Below, piece by piece: positions 39,240-52,860 of a stretch of DNA of 64,000 nt. The DNA lies in the NCBI RefSeq assembly GCF_006345805.1, contig NC_043012.1, positions 29,016,001-29,080,000 on the forward strand, written 5' to 3'. Source of the stretch: Octopus sinensis (lineage: Eukaryota). The notes below the pieces were generated by a model. It saw only the letters and a program-made list of their open reading frames with translations. It did not search any database and was not told where the DNA came from. The stretch's first letter is position 1, and every line of letters starts with the position of its first letter. Position numbers and translations under genes: made by a program.

Positions 39240-41590
39240 TTACATAAAACCAAAAGGTGATGACAGGTGTAGGAACAACAGGCAAGTGTATTAGTTTGAC
39301 GCTCGGGACAGATGGAAAAGTCTTTTGCGTTTCAAGCCTACCATCTTCGACAGAAAGGAATAAGAGGAAAGACATAGAGAGAGAATGAAAAAAAAACGGA
39401 GAGAGAATAATCGTATAGAGTTCGGCCGTCCAACATGGCGACTGATTAGAAAAAAAAGAGGTTGAATGAAACGGAGACAACAATGGTGATTCCAACAACC
39501 TAAGGTGCGCAAGCGTGTGTGTGTATGTGAGAATGGTGTGTGTGTGTGTGTAAGTTTGTATGTGTGAATGGGGGCGAGTGAGTCTGACGCGCGCGTGTGT
39601 GTGTGATGTGTGTGTTGTATGTAGCAGTTGATGAGTGCTTTTTCACGTGGCGTGGGCACATGTATCTGTGTCTGTCTGCCTGTGACCAAACAGTGAGCGT
39701 GTGTGTGTATACATAGTCTGGGTTCAGGTATTAAGTGCTTGTGTAGATGTAGGAGCATATATTGTCTGTGTCTAGGTATTATGTGCTTGTGGGGGGAGTG
39801 TGCATGTGGTGAGTGTACTGAGTTCAACAGTGCGTGTGGTTGCTCTTATAGTGTTATGTGTGGTAAGGCTATTGAAAATTGTGTGTGGGTGTGGATGATG
39901 GTGTGGTTGCTGGGAAGTGGTCGGTGCTAGTGTGTGTGGAGTGGGAAGGTGTGGGTGCGTGTGTATAATGGTGTGTGAAGTGAGTGATGAGTTGGACAGT
40001 GTGTATGGGGTACCGAGATGTGCAGTATGCAGGTGTGTAGGTGGAATGAGCAGTAGAAAGTGGGAGGTGAGTGGGAATCCATGTGGGATTGGTGTCAAAT
40101 GAAGAGAGGGAGTGAGTTGAACCCATGTGACGCAAAGGAACGAAGAAAGAAGATTAATTCATGTTCACGGCAATGGTGAGAATTTGGATGACCTCTGTGC
40201 AGGGACAGTCCGAACATCGACAGATATTGTAGCGAATGACTTGTAGAGCGGGAACAACGCGAGACCGGGGTGTCATTTCCGAGTCTGGTGTCTCGGAGGT
40301 GCTCCGCGAATCTGTCAGCCAAGCGGCGTCACGTTTGACCAATGTACAGGGAAGGACAGAAAGAACGGGAGATGCAGTAAATAATAATACTAGAGGTCCA
40401 GGTAAAGGAGTCGGGGACGTGATAAGGAAGGATGCCTGTGCGGATGGTGTTGTTGGCAAGATAGGGGCAGGTGTGACAGCGTAAGCGGGAGCTGAGGAAG
40501 GAACCAGGATGGGAGGCGGGAATAGGAAAGAAACTGTGGACCAGGGGTCACACAGATTATGGGCTCATTTGAAGGAGGGAAGGGGTAGGTTAGGGATGTG
40601 CGAGGTGAAGGCGTTGGAGTGGAGTCGCCGGAAGGCTAGGATAATGCTGCGTTGGAAGGGTAGGTTGGAGGGTGGTATGTGAGAAGAAACGGGAGACAGG
40701 TAAGGGTGGGGCGGGTGAGAGGAAAAAGAGCAGAGGCACGGTCCGCAGTTCGTACCCAGGCAAGATGAAGTGGCGTGCCATGAGTTGAGACTGGGTTTCA
40801 AAGTCATTGTCGTCAGTGCAAAGCCTGCGAGACGGAGGAATCGGGAGTAGAGAATGGAGAGCTTGATGTAGGTAGGGTGAGCGGAGGAGAAGTTAAGATA
40901 GGAGTATGAGTCAGTGTGTTTGTAGTGGATGGAGGTAGTGAGAGCGGAGTGATGTATGCTGACAGAAATGTTGAGAAATTCGACGGAAATTTTGAGATAG
41001 TACAAGCGAATTCGAGGGCAGGAAGGAAGGATTGGAGAAAGGAGAGGAATTCGCGGGAGAGTGAGGTCGCACCGATACAGTCGTCGATATAACGACCATA
41101 TAGTAAATTGTGAGAATATTTGTGCCACAACTTATCCAAAGAACAAGTTCGCATAGTTGGGGCCCATTCTAGTTTCCATGACCACCCAGGAGATTTGTCG
41201 GTAAAGCTCCCTCGCGAACGAGAAGCACGTCGGCCAGACGAAGAAGTGTGGAGGTATCGGGTGGAGGGTCAGGCCGAAGGTCTAGGAAGTATTTAAGCGC
41301 AAGAAGTCCTTCGTTGTTTGGGGTCAGCGTATATAAAGATTTGATATGAAGATTGAACAGAAGTTGAGAGGGGTCAGAAGGGAAGGAGTAAGAGTTAAAC
41401 AGATGGAGAGAATGGTTGGTATCGTGGACGTGGGAGAGAGACGGGAGGAGGGAATGAGGTCATGAATAGTGGTGGACACAGTCTGTTGGTAGTTACGCGT
41501 GGGGTTGGAGGGCAGAGGGCAAGAGAGGGAGGTGACTTGAAGTTGGCGGAGGGCTTCAGCCTTATTGATGTCACTAAAGTGACAGAGGGT
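39240..41590 (-). mobile_element. Decayed Penelope-like element (RT + GIY-YIG) with 3' UTR/pLTR
   Basis: AEALRQL..NPTRNYQQTV, METRMGPNYANLF, YGRYIDDCIGAT, TSIHYKHTDSYSYLNFSSAHP, IYCIS..C..LYIGQT*RRLADRFAEH, EHELIF..GFN; CA-rich 3' UTR ending in (TA)n. Confidence 0.9.
39322..39357 (-). ncRNA. Degenerate hammerhead-like motif, CUGUNGA core
   Basis: CTTT-CTGTCGA-AGATGGTAGGCTT-GAAAC-GCA-AAAG; homologous to 31196-31231. Confidence 0.4.
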
Positions 41591-41650
41591 ACAAAGTGGT
41601 ACCAACATTGCTAAAAATAATAGTCAAAACGATTCATTATATATATATTT

Positions 41651-41852
41651 ATTGAGCGAAAACACCTAAAGCTCCACGAGGCTCCGGCAGGGGATGGTGG
41701 CGACCCCTGTTGTACTCTATCGCGACAACTTTCTCCCACTCTTTCTTCCTGTTTCTTGAGTAACACTGCGATGGACTGACGTCCCGTCCAGCTGGGGGGA
41801 ACACATACGCCACAGAAACCGGGAAACCGGGCCCATGAGCCTGGCTAGGCGC
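41651..41852 (+). mobile_element. 5'-truncated copy of a third tRNA-derived SINE family (GGAGGCGCAATGGCCCAGTGG head) with a V-domain-like block
   Basis: ATTGAGCGAAAACACCTAAAGCTCCACGAGGCTCCGGCAGGGG shared with 44170-44215; GCGATGGACTGACGTCCCGTCCAG at 41768-41791. Confidence 0.8.
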
Positions 41853-41903
41853 ATAATTAAAATAAATATTATGATATATATATCTTCTGTCTTTCATTTG
41901 TTA

Positions 41904-41957
<54 letters not shown>

Positions 41958-42047
41958 TATATATATATATATATATAACATATATATAATATATATATAT
42001 ATATATATTATATGTGTATATATAATATATATATATATATGTATGTA

Positions 42048-42152
<105 letters not shown>

Positions 42153-42375
42153 GGTATGTAGAAAAATACAACATGGACAAGAACGTATAACCATGAAGAC
42201 GATACAATAAACATGGACAGACATTCGAACCCCTCAGTCTTCAGTCAAGAACCGGATCATCGTAGTAATTTATATATTATTATATACATATAGCTATATA
42301 TATATATATATATAGAGTATATATATACTATATTATATAAATATAATATATAATTATATACATAGATATATATAT

Positions 42376-42409
<34 letters not shown>

Positions 42410-42420
42410 GTATATATCTA

Positions 42421-42497
<77 letters not shown>

Positions 42498-43064
42498 ATG
42501 TACATATATTATATTATATATATATATACATATATATATGTATGTATATATATATGTGTGTGTGTGTGCGTGTGGTATGTATGTATATGTATATAGATTA
42601 GTATATGTATTATATATGTATATATATATAATATATATATATATATAATATATATGTGTGGTGTGTGTGTGTTGTGTGTGTGTGTGTGTGTATGTATGTA
42701 CACACATGTGTGTGTGTGCGCGCGCGTTATGAATTGGCTGAGACATAGTGATAGTAATAATTTGTTGTCATAGCACAATATGCATATGCTTTAGATTAAA
42801 GCGTTAGGCTTTACAGAATGTAATATTAATTAATATTAATTAATGAGTGACGAGAAAAAAGCTGTCACGTTATCACCTTCGTTAGCTTAAAGCAGCCTAA
42901 AGCTATTTCTTCTGGTATATGAAGCAGCACTCAGATCTGAGTACCTGCGAAACATCTTATAACTTCTTTGGGGCCCTTGAAATATGTGTATGATGATTTT
43001 GGAAAGCGTTTAAATACATAGAGCTGGTTATATGCAATTTATATAAATATTCTAATAGAAATAT

Positions 43065-43330
43065 TGGGCACCGCTTTGAAGAATTTTAGTCGAATGGATC
43101 GACTCCAGTACTCTTTTTAAAGACTGGTATTTATTCTATCGTTCATTTTTGCCGAACCACTAGTTACGCGGATGTAAACACATCAACACCGATTGCTAAA
43201 TACACACATACACATAGACGACGGGCTCCTTTCCGTCTCCATCTACCAAATCCAATTACAAAGATCCCGGGCCAATAACTGATGAGGAGTTGGTGACGTT
43301 CTGTTTTCTGTCCGCCTCTGTATTTAGTAT
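43065..43330 (-). mobile_element. Diverged fragment of the second SINE family
   Basis: GCACCGCTTTGAAG..ACTCCAGTAC..GCCGAACCACTAGTTACG..TCCGTCTCCATCTACCAAATCCA. Confidence 0.7.
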
Positions 43331-43385
43331 TGTTCGTTTGTTTATTTAACACACGTTCTTTATTAATTATATGTATATATATATA

Positions 43386-43701
43386 TCACGTGATCACGTG
43401 ACCGACCAGACCATCAGATGTTGCTACACATCGCTGGTCACAATGCGTTCGTATTGTTTTAGCCTTCGAACGACGCCACCCCGCTGGCTAGCGAGCAGCC
43501 AACAGAAGAAAGAAGTGGGGAGAAAGAGTGGTGAAAAAGTACAGCAGGGATCACCAGCCCCTGCCGAGCCTAGCGTCGTGGAGCTTTTAGGTGTTTTCGC
43601 TCAATAAACACACACAATGCCCGGTCTGGGAATCGAAACCGCGATCCTCCGACCACGAGTCCGCTGCCCTAACCACTGTGCCATTGTGCCTCCACATATG
43701 T

Positions 43702-43757
<56 letters not shown>

Positions 43758-43783
43758 TATATATATATATATATAATATATAT

Positions 43784-43823
<40 letters not shown>

Positions 43824-43850
43824 TATAATATATTATTATATATATATATC

Positions 43851-43883
<33 letters not shown>

Positions 43884-43930
43884 CCACGATCCGCTGCCCT
43901 AACCACTGTGCCATTGTGCCTCCACATATG

Positions 43931-43976
<46 letters not shown>

Positions 43977-44045
43977 ATATATTTCCTGGGTTATATTATA
44001 TTATACATATATATATATAATATTTATATATATATATATATATAT

Positions 44046-44076
<31 letters not shown>

Positions 44077-44248
44077 CATATGTGGAGGCACAATGGCACA
44101 GTGGTTAGGGCAGCGGACTCGTGGTCGGAGGATCGCGGTTTCGATTCCCAGACCGGGCGTTGTGTGTGTTTATTGAGCGAAAACACCTAAAGCTCCACGA
44201 GGCTCCGGCAGGGGCTGGTGATCCCTGCTGTACTTTTTCACCACTCTT
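43386..44248. mobile_element. Head-to-head inverted pair of third-family SINE copies (43386-43693 minus; 44084-44248 plus) with an extra head fragment (43884-43930) in (TA)n
   Basis: Shared private variants GGCACAATGGCACAGTGG and GTGGTCGGAGG, plus shared flank CATATGT. Confidence 0.85.
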
Positions 44249-44360
44249 TATATATATATATATATATAGGTATGTAAAATATTCTGCTTGTTGTCTTCTC
44301 TTTATTTAATCCTGAAAAAATATACATACATACATACGTTTATATATATATATATATATA

Positions 44361-44665
44361 TCACCGTGATCACCGTGACCGATCAGACTACCAGGTGTTA
44401 CTACACATCGCTGGTCATAATGCGCTTCGCATTGTTTTACCCTTCAAATGACGCCACCCCGCTGGCTAAGCGAGCAGGCCAACAGAAGAGTGAAAGTTGC
44501 GGCGAAACATTATGGCAGGGATCGCCACCCCCCACTGACGGAGTTTCGTGGAGCTTTAGGTATTTTCGCTCAATAAACACTCACAACGCCCTGGTCTGGG
44601 AATCGAAAACACGATCCTACGACCGCGAGACCGCTGCCCTAACCACTGGGCTATTGCGCCTCCAC

Positions 44666-44668
<3 letters not shown>
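44361..44668 (-). mobile_element. Independent full-length third-family SINE copy
   Basis: Head GGAGGCGCAATAGCCCAGTGGTTAGGGCAGCGGTCTCGCGGTCGTAGGATCG..TTCGATTCCC; same tail type as the 43386 copy. Confidence 0.85.
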
Positions 44669-44703
<35 letters not shown>

Positions 44704-44993
44704 CAACAATGCATTGTCTAAAGATGAATAGGGTAAATGTTTTTTAATTTTCCTTTAATTTCTGAATTACTACTACTTGGCGGTTTGAGTCCTGGCTGCT
44801 CTTTCTAGTGGGTCGAATGGCCTATTGAGGCCGTTCCTCAATTGTTGTTGAATTTATATATATAGTCTCTGACTATTTTTCTGTTCTCACTAGACCGCTG
44901 GTGGCGAAAAAAATTCTATTGAATTTTTTGCTACCCTATATTGATTAAATATGTATATATATATATATATATATAATATATATATATAATAAT

Positions 44994-45025
<32 letters not shown>

Positions 45026-45029
45026 TATA

Positions 45030-45259
45030 TTAAATTAGAGACAAAACCACTATTAGGCAAATCATACAATGAAAAACTTAAGCCAATACATAAGATTATT
45101 TAATTTATATTATTTAAATATATAACAAAATTATTAAAAAAATATAATTAATATATCACTACGATCGTTTCATGGCTGTTAATTTCTTTAAATTTTCAAG
45201 TCACAGTCATTCATCAGGTGGTTTAAATATTTATCTTGGCGAGGTTTAAACAATGATTT

Positions 45260-45262
<3 letters not shown>
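45030..45262 (-). mobile_element. Solo PLE-type pLTR fragment between (TA)n arrays
   Basis: AT-rich, contains a well-formed hammerhead, ends ..GGTTTTGTCTCTAAT then (TA)n. Confidence 0.6.
45155..45222 (-). ncRNA. Type I hammerhead ribozyme motif
   Basis: ACCAC-CTGATGA-ATGACTGT..ACAGCCAT-GAAAC-GATC-GTA-GTGAT; full core, palindromic tetraloop, GUA triplet; predicted cleavage between 45160 and 45159. Confidence 0.8.
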
Positions 45263-45312
<50 letters not shown>

Positions 45313-45596
45313 CATATATATATATATATAATATGTATATATATTGTATTTCGGAATGGTCATTTTGCCAGTTTAGCCAATAAAAACACACGCACTATAT
45401 ATTTGGTGTTACTTTGCATCAGTGGTCCTTTACTTTCTTTTTTCTTATTTGTGTGTCACTCCTTACTAACCGTCAGCCATTTTGTATTTCTATTGTATGT
45501 GTCTTCATTTGCACATGCGTATATCTCTATGTACGTCTATGTTTAGTTATATATATGTGTATATAATCAAAAATAAGCAGCAAGAATGAATCCGGT

Positions 45597-45688
45597 AATT
45601 TAGTACAATTGTTTCATACTACAACATTTTGTTAAAAGCTGTAAATATTACAGCAGATTTAAGATGCTGAGTAATCTTCAGCTAAATT
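45597..45688 (-). ncRNA. Type I hammerhead ribozyme motif, intact core
   Basis: AATTTAG-CTGAAGA-(T)TACTCAGCAT..ATGTTGTAGTA(T)-GAAAC-AATT-GTA-CTAAATT; 7-bp stem I, extended stem II, palindromic ACAATTGT. Confidence 0.8.
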
Positions 45689-45745
45689 TTATATAGGTTT
45701 TCCAATAATATAAAGTTATTGGAAATATTATTGGAAAACCTATAT

Positions 45746-45837
45746 AAATTGGCTGAAGATTACTCAGCATCTTAAATCTGCTGTAATATTTACAGCTTTT
45801 AACAAAATGTTGTAGTATGAAACAAATGAACTAAATT
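45746..45837 (+). ncRNA. Mutated hammerhead copy in the right palindrome arm
   Basis: Same sequence but loop AAAT and triplet GAA instead of GUA (U16.1 lost). Confidence 0.6.
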
Positions 45838-46429
45838 ACCGGATTCACTCTTGTTGCTTATTTTTTTATTATAATCACCCCGCATATTTTTATGGGTAAC
45901 ACCATACAAAATTCTGGTGCATCTAAATTAAGTACCATATTCATTTGAATCTAAATTGTTGCTGAACTTATATATATATATATATATGTCTTTTACTTGT
46001 TGCAGTCACAGAAATTTGAAACCGGTATGTATTGTATATGTATTATTTTTCTAACCGGGAGAACATTGACGAAAGTTTCTTTGCAGACCTTTCGAGGCTG
46101 GTGAGATTGATGTAGCTGATGTTGTCTGATTTCTAGTCTAAAGTCAGTATGAAAAATATGGGTCTGGTCTGAATGCTTGCATTGTGTGTAAGTGTGAATC
46201 ATATGAAGTCAATTCCTTTTGAAGTGTAATTGAATTATTCCAAAGTACATCATTACAATCAAATTATTGTAAATTTATACATACATAAATACATACATAA
46301 TACATACATTCATTCATACATACATACACACATACATACATAACCTCCCATACAACTACAAAACAGCCGGACTAATATACCTCAAAGAAGCCCTGGATGT
46401 GAAATGCTCAAGTTCCAAAAACTGACTAT

Positions 46430-47065
46430 GCATGATTATGTTTCCCGAAGACAGTAATATTGACATGAAGTGAAACCCTTGGAGGACCAAGATGCGTCCG
46501 AAAATGTCGATTATGTCACATTACTGTAAAAGGCATCACACATGATTAGCGGCTGCTCGAAAATGTCATCAAGGTACTACCTCCCTATGCGGCATGATGT
46601 CGCAAAACAATATACAATACTGTGCGGAAAAAAATACTGTCCTGAGATAAATATAGAGAAGCCCTTGTTATCGAGTGCATACACAAACATCAGCACGAAG
46701 AAAATGTGTGGAACATTCCTATCAAAACATCTGTCCTGTGTAAACATAACAGGCCAGATATTGTTGCTTGAGACAAACAGTATGTACCCTGATAGAGATC
46801 AGTTGTGCTGCTGATGTGAATATATCTTTGAATAGCAAAGCGAAAGAGGATAACTATGGACAATCGTTTCGAAACTTCAAGCGTCTATAACCAGATTTTA
46901 AGTTCACATTTATACCAATAATAATTTACTCTTTTGAGTAAATGCCTAAGTGACATTTTGGATAAACTTTTCAGAAAAAGGATTCAGCCAACTAACTCGC
47001 ATATTACAAACATAAATTGTGAGTGGAACAGTAACAATATGCAAGATTTTTAAAGTTTAAAATGT
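46430..47065 (+). mobile_element. Old R4/Dong-like 3' fragment (CCHC knuckle + restriction-like endonuclease)
   Basis: RKCRLC..THMISGCSKMSSRYYLPMRHD, WNIPIKTSVLCKHNRPDIVA, TLIEISCAADVN..KEDNYG, FTFIPIII; several stops/frameshifts. Confidence 0.75.
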
Positions 47066-49720
47066 GATATTGTTTTGTTATCTACAAGAATTTAAATAAT
47101 TAAAATAGAACATACATACATACATACATACATACATACATACATACAATGCAACTATATACATGGAAAAACAGATAAAGCGAAACATAAAAACCTGCAC
47201 GTATACATACATACAAACAAAATAACCCGTTGTTGATGTTGAAATTCCAATGAAGGGGCCTTGAAACTAGGTTAGAAACCGGCTCTTTCTCTATTGGCAA
47301 GAAACCTTAAAATAAAACTGAACAATGACATACATACATACAGCCATGCATGTATACAGGATGCGTGAAAGTGGCTTCGACATAACTTAGGATCTTTGAA
47401 GCTTGCAAATATATTATTCGATAACTGAATCAAATTAACGGAACAAAGAGCAAATAAGACCGAGAAGTAGTCGATTGTTCAGTGATTTTCATTTTCCAGG
47501 TTCTCTTGCTCGCTCTAAATCGTTAGACATTTGCAGCATCTTATACATTAATAAATATAAATTATTTTCGTTTCCATCTCCCTATCCCACATCTCTCTCT
47601 CTTCTCTCCTCCCTCTCTCTCGCTGTCTGTCTGTCTGTCTCTCTCTTTTTTCCCCTTACTCTCTGTCTATCTAGCAATCTATAATATTTATTTATCTCTC
47701 AGTATGTGTTTACGTGTACATATTTCAATATACGACAAATGTACTTCAGATCAACATGGTGACATTTTCTTGTTGATAAAAGTGAGCGACAGATAGATAA
47801 CAATTGAATAACATTTTCTTCTTAAGATGAAGAGAAAAAATATACGGCTTAACGCTTTTTGCTTGAGTGTTTTATGAAAATCGGTTGAGAAAGTCGTTTC
47901 ATTATTATATTTGTTATCATTCTTATTCAGTAGGATAAGGCTGAAGAAAAATTCTTTTCTCTCGTATGTTATCAAAGCACGTATTTGGCGTCAGCGTAGA
48001 TTACAAATAAAACCTTCAGAAAGTGTTCTTAACAGTTTCTAGCCTTTTAGCTTAATATATGAAATAGTGAAATATAGGTATTCATTGAAAATAAAACAAG
48101 GACAATGAAATAAAACAAAAATCATTGCTTTCGCGTATTCTGTAAAGCGTTTCAAAAGAGCCAATAAAGAATAATTGTTCATTTTCTAAACAACTCTCTA
48201 TTTTAACTTGTATTCTTTTATATGTATGTGAGTGATTTTGTAAAGTTTTCGTTATGTTTACATGTGTCCCTATGATATTAAAAACACGACTATGTTTCAA
48301 TTTAGAAAGTTTTATTATGGACCTTCGTGTTTCCATATAGGTCATTGCAGTTTGGTTGGAGCACTAAAGTCCCAGAGTTATTTGTTATCAAGATTTCCAG
48401 GCTTCTTTTCATTATCAGGATATGAAGTGTTGGGAGCTTCTGAACTCATTTTGTTATATAGCGAGCAACTTTTATTTATGAAAACATTACCGCCGAACTT
48501 TAACCCGCCAAAGACCCACATCGTCAGTCGCATGCGTATTCAGTTTGTGAAGAGTGTATAATATCTGTTTCGACTTGTTAGCTAAACTACAGCCAGCAAG
48601 TCGAGAGATCTAAATCAAAATCATATTTTGCGCAAGACAACGACAGGAAAATGGAGAGAGCAACAGGAACGTCTCTTGCTGGTCTTTTATAATGACAAGC
48701 AAGTTGTCGGCACCGTACCACGTACAGCTTTTACATCCAACGAAGACGATTTAAATGTGGGAGAATTTCTACAACAGACGATGATGACTTTATAAAGGTA
48801 TGCACTAGGATCCGTGAAACTTGTCGGCTGGCTAGCTGCAAAGTTTCCAAAGAAATAAGCGAGTGGCGGATAATTTTTAAAAACCTTTGAGAATCATGGT
48901 ATGAGAAATGTTTGTGTTTGTTGACAAAGAATCAAGTTAGACAGTCACTCAAGAGTTCTAAATTGTTCGGCGGAAGATAGAAATTTTCTGAACAACATCA
49001 AAACTGGTGGGTGCGTGCGTGCGTGTGTGCATGTGCATGCGCATGCGTGTGTATGTGTGTGTGTGCATTTATTTGTATATACACATACATGTTTATATAC
49101 TTGTATATTTATATAATACATATATATAAACATACAGAGAAAGCTAGATAGCTGGCTAGACAGACAGACGGATAGGTAGATAGACAACTAGCTAGAGAAA
49201 GAGAGAGAGGAGACAGACAGACAGATACAGACAGATAGAAGAAAGAAAGATAGAGAGAGAGAAGTAATCGATCACCCCATTGATGCATACATACGTTTGT
49301 TCATATCTCTGTCTCTCTTTATTTGCACACACACACACAGATATGCATATAGCAAAATATACAGACAGATATATACTTGTATAAACACATACATATACAT
49401 ATATATATCTTTATATATAATCATGCATCCATAAACACAATATCTGTACATATGCCTTACAATTTACACTCGACTAATAAACAAAAAAAGATCAACGATT
49501 TTCCATTAACTGTTTTTTAAGGTTTCATTGTTACGTACATGTATACAGCATGTGTGCGGCGCACGAGAGATTATGTGTGAGTGTAAGTTTTGGTCATACA
49601 CATACACACACACATACATATATAAACACGTGATGGTTGTATCTACACGTCTAAACTCATTTTCATAGATTAATACGAACCACCGTATGTGTTAGTGTTC
49701 GTGCACACACACAGACACAG

Positions 49721-49751
<31 letters not shown>

Positions 49752-50617
49752 CGTATGTATGGTATTTGTTAAGTAGTTTATGTTATTGTGCACAATCAAC
49801 TAAATTTCCTCATATATTCATAAATATCTCTTTTGTGTATAGTTTCACAATTGAGCGTGTTTTCGCGCCAGTTTAAATGGCTTCAACAAGTGTGCAAATC
49901 TGTGTAAAGCGGATCTTTCTATGAGCCGGCTTCTTTGATCTTCTGATGTAGTTTAGCCGGCTCTTGACAAGTCATTGTCACAATCATCATGAATGACACA
50001 GAATTCATCAAACAGACCGGTAGCTAATTTATATTTTTATTTTTTAAATAGACAGTGAGAGAGAAAGAATACGGTAAAAACAGAGAAGGAATGAGAGAGT
50101 GAGACATTTTGTTAATGGTGTTAGATGTGACCTTTGTCGATTAGTGGTTCACATGTGACCTTTACGTACTTACCACCAATAGTCGCCTTTATGAACAATA
50201 TCATCATATATCGTACTGTTTCAGTACGAGCTTACTACACATAGATGTAAAAATTCAAGAGAATGCAGACATCTTTCTTGCTACGGCCACCTCAAGTTAC
50301 AGGGTTTCACGCTTACGTAGATTGTAAAGCATGACTACTAATTTCAGGAGGCGGTCAGTAAGGATTCAAAAGAACGATTTACAATTTGGACTGAGACGAA
50401 ATATCGCTTCTCGCTGTTTTACATAATAGCAAAGAATAATTAACAATTTGAAAAACTATAATCGCGGTACGTATATACATGCATACATACATACATACAT
50501 ACATACATACATACATACATACATACACCCAGACCAGATTTCTGGTTCGAGGATACGCTCTGCTTTCTCACTAGTTACTCCCTTTTTTCCTGACTAAAAG
50601 ATATATCTTTGTAAATA

Positions 50618-50972
<355 letters not shown>

Positions 50973-51547
50973 TATATATATATATAGATATATATATATT
51001 GAGGTTCAGGGTTTAAGGTAAGATTTTATATTTAGGATATAATCTTTAGGAGTTGTGGTTAAAGTACGGATTTGGGGTTAGGGTTTAGCCTACATCGCAA
51101 AAATTTAATTGCGAAGGATAATTTATTTGGTTTTATTTCCTTTCATTAAATATTTAAATATTCTTTAAAGATTTCCTAAAGTTTTGTTGTTCATTTCTAA
51201 ATTAATTTTATTTTTATTAATTTCCCCACAAAAAATAACTTTTATAATTAATTCCCCTCCACCACAAAAAAAAAATGATAAATCACATCTTGTAAAGAAA
51301 AAATAATTGCATGTCACTTTCCATATCATCGCGATAGTGTGGAGAGAAGGGAATGCTCTGATTCGCTATAATTGCAAAAAATCCCAGTCTTTAGAAGTTC
51401 GTAACTTTCTATAATTAATTTCTACCCATCACCACCACCACCAAAGAATGGTTATGATTTTTGTAATAACGAAAAACTACATTTATGTAGAAATGTTCAA
51501 CAAAATCTGAACTAGTGTGGTAAGCCAGAAAGCTCATATGTATGTGT

Positions 51548-51762
51548 AAAGTGCTGAGCTGGCAGAAACGTTAGCACGCCGGGCGAAATGCTTAGCAGTA
51601 TTTCGTCTGCGTTCTGAGTTCAAATTCCGCCGAGGTTGACTTTGCCTTTCATTCTTTCGGGGTCGATAAATTAAGTACCCGTTGCGCACTGGGGTCGATG
51701 TAATCGACTTAATCCGTTTGTCTGTCCTTGTTTGTCCGTTCTATGTAGGCAATAAAGAAATA
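51548..51762 (+). mobile_element. AAGGCGGCGAGCTGGCAGAA-family SINE with 21-bp target-site duplication
   Basis: AGAAAGCTCATATGTATGTGT at 51527-51547 and 51763-51783; tail AATAAAGAAATA. Confidence 0.92.
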
Positions 51763-51810
51763 AGAAAGCTCATATGTATGTGTCTGTATATGTGTGTATG
51801 TGTGTGCGTG

Positions 51811-51846
<36 letters not shown>

Positions 51847-52860
51847 GTATGTATGAGTGTGCGCGCGCATATGCGTCAGGTAATATTTCTCATATAAAAC
51901 GAAATCTCACACTTAAAGACGAGAGGAGGATGGTTGGCATCCATCGGTAAGTAAAACGCAGCGCTGTATTCCGTCGCTTCTCTTTACATGTTGCGTCCAA
52001 ACCCTAGCGATCTAAGTTCCTTCAGGGATGGTCGATTAAGTAACTGACAAAGAAGTACATCACAATGCAAATAGACATCACAATTCAATATAATAATTCC
52101 CTGTTTAAAATTTTAAAAACACCCAAAATCGATGAATACGTCATGGAATACTTTTTCTCCTATACCGAACAAATATTTGTCTGTTAAGACCTTTAAATGT
52201 TATTTCAAACTCTCGCGTTAAAACAACTGTAACTGGAGAGGAAGTAACAGACAAGATTGTCCGGTTACATATTGTTATGAATAAAAGAAGAGTGTTTCAA
52301 ATATCCTATCACAGTGATTTCTAACTTCGACTTTAATGCAGTAATTTTGAAAAGAAAGAACATAATCAAATAAATCGATTCCCGTGCTCGACTGGAAAAG
52401 TAAAGTTGAAATTGTCAAGATTTTAAGTCAGAACATAACGAACGTAGATAAGTCTTTGCCAGCAAAACGATAAATCCGATCTTTTTCACTCACAGGAAGT
52501 GAAATTAGTGATAAAATTCCTCTGTATAGCTAGCTTCTGTAGAGTGGAACATTTATAAGATTTATCCTGCTATGTACAACGTCTGATCCTTCTATTTTTG
52601 TATGAATGAAATTTAACGCTCTGTGCATTTTAACACGCCGTAGCGTGTGATTTAAAAGAGCTTTGGTTTCTGTTTCAAATAGATCTTGTGACTGCGAAGA
52701 ACAACAGTGGGTAACCTTTCGACCTCAGTGAAATTTGAAAGCAACCCTTGACTAAGTTTCTAAGATACACTAATTCATTAAAAGGGATCAATTTAAAGAC
52801 AACAACAAAAGAAATTAATGTAAGTTATATGTCTATAAATTGTAATACTATATTTTCCAG

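Larger units (their letters stand above)
45562..45873. repeat. Near-perfect palindrome (~150-bp arms, 13-nt spacer 45712-45724), one hammerhead per arm
   Basis: 45562-45711 is the reverse complement of 45725-45873 with a few mismatches. Confidence 0.92.

Noticed and set aside
42205-42262. CTGAAGA..CGAATGTC on the minus strand in a repeat fragment
   Set aside because: Stem II does not pair and GAAA is incomplete.
47241-47290. Hammerhead-like CCAATGA..GAAACCGG
   Set aside because: Core has two substitutions and there is no adjacent stem I pairing.
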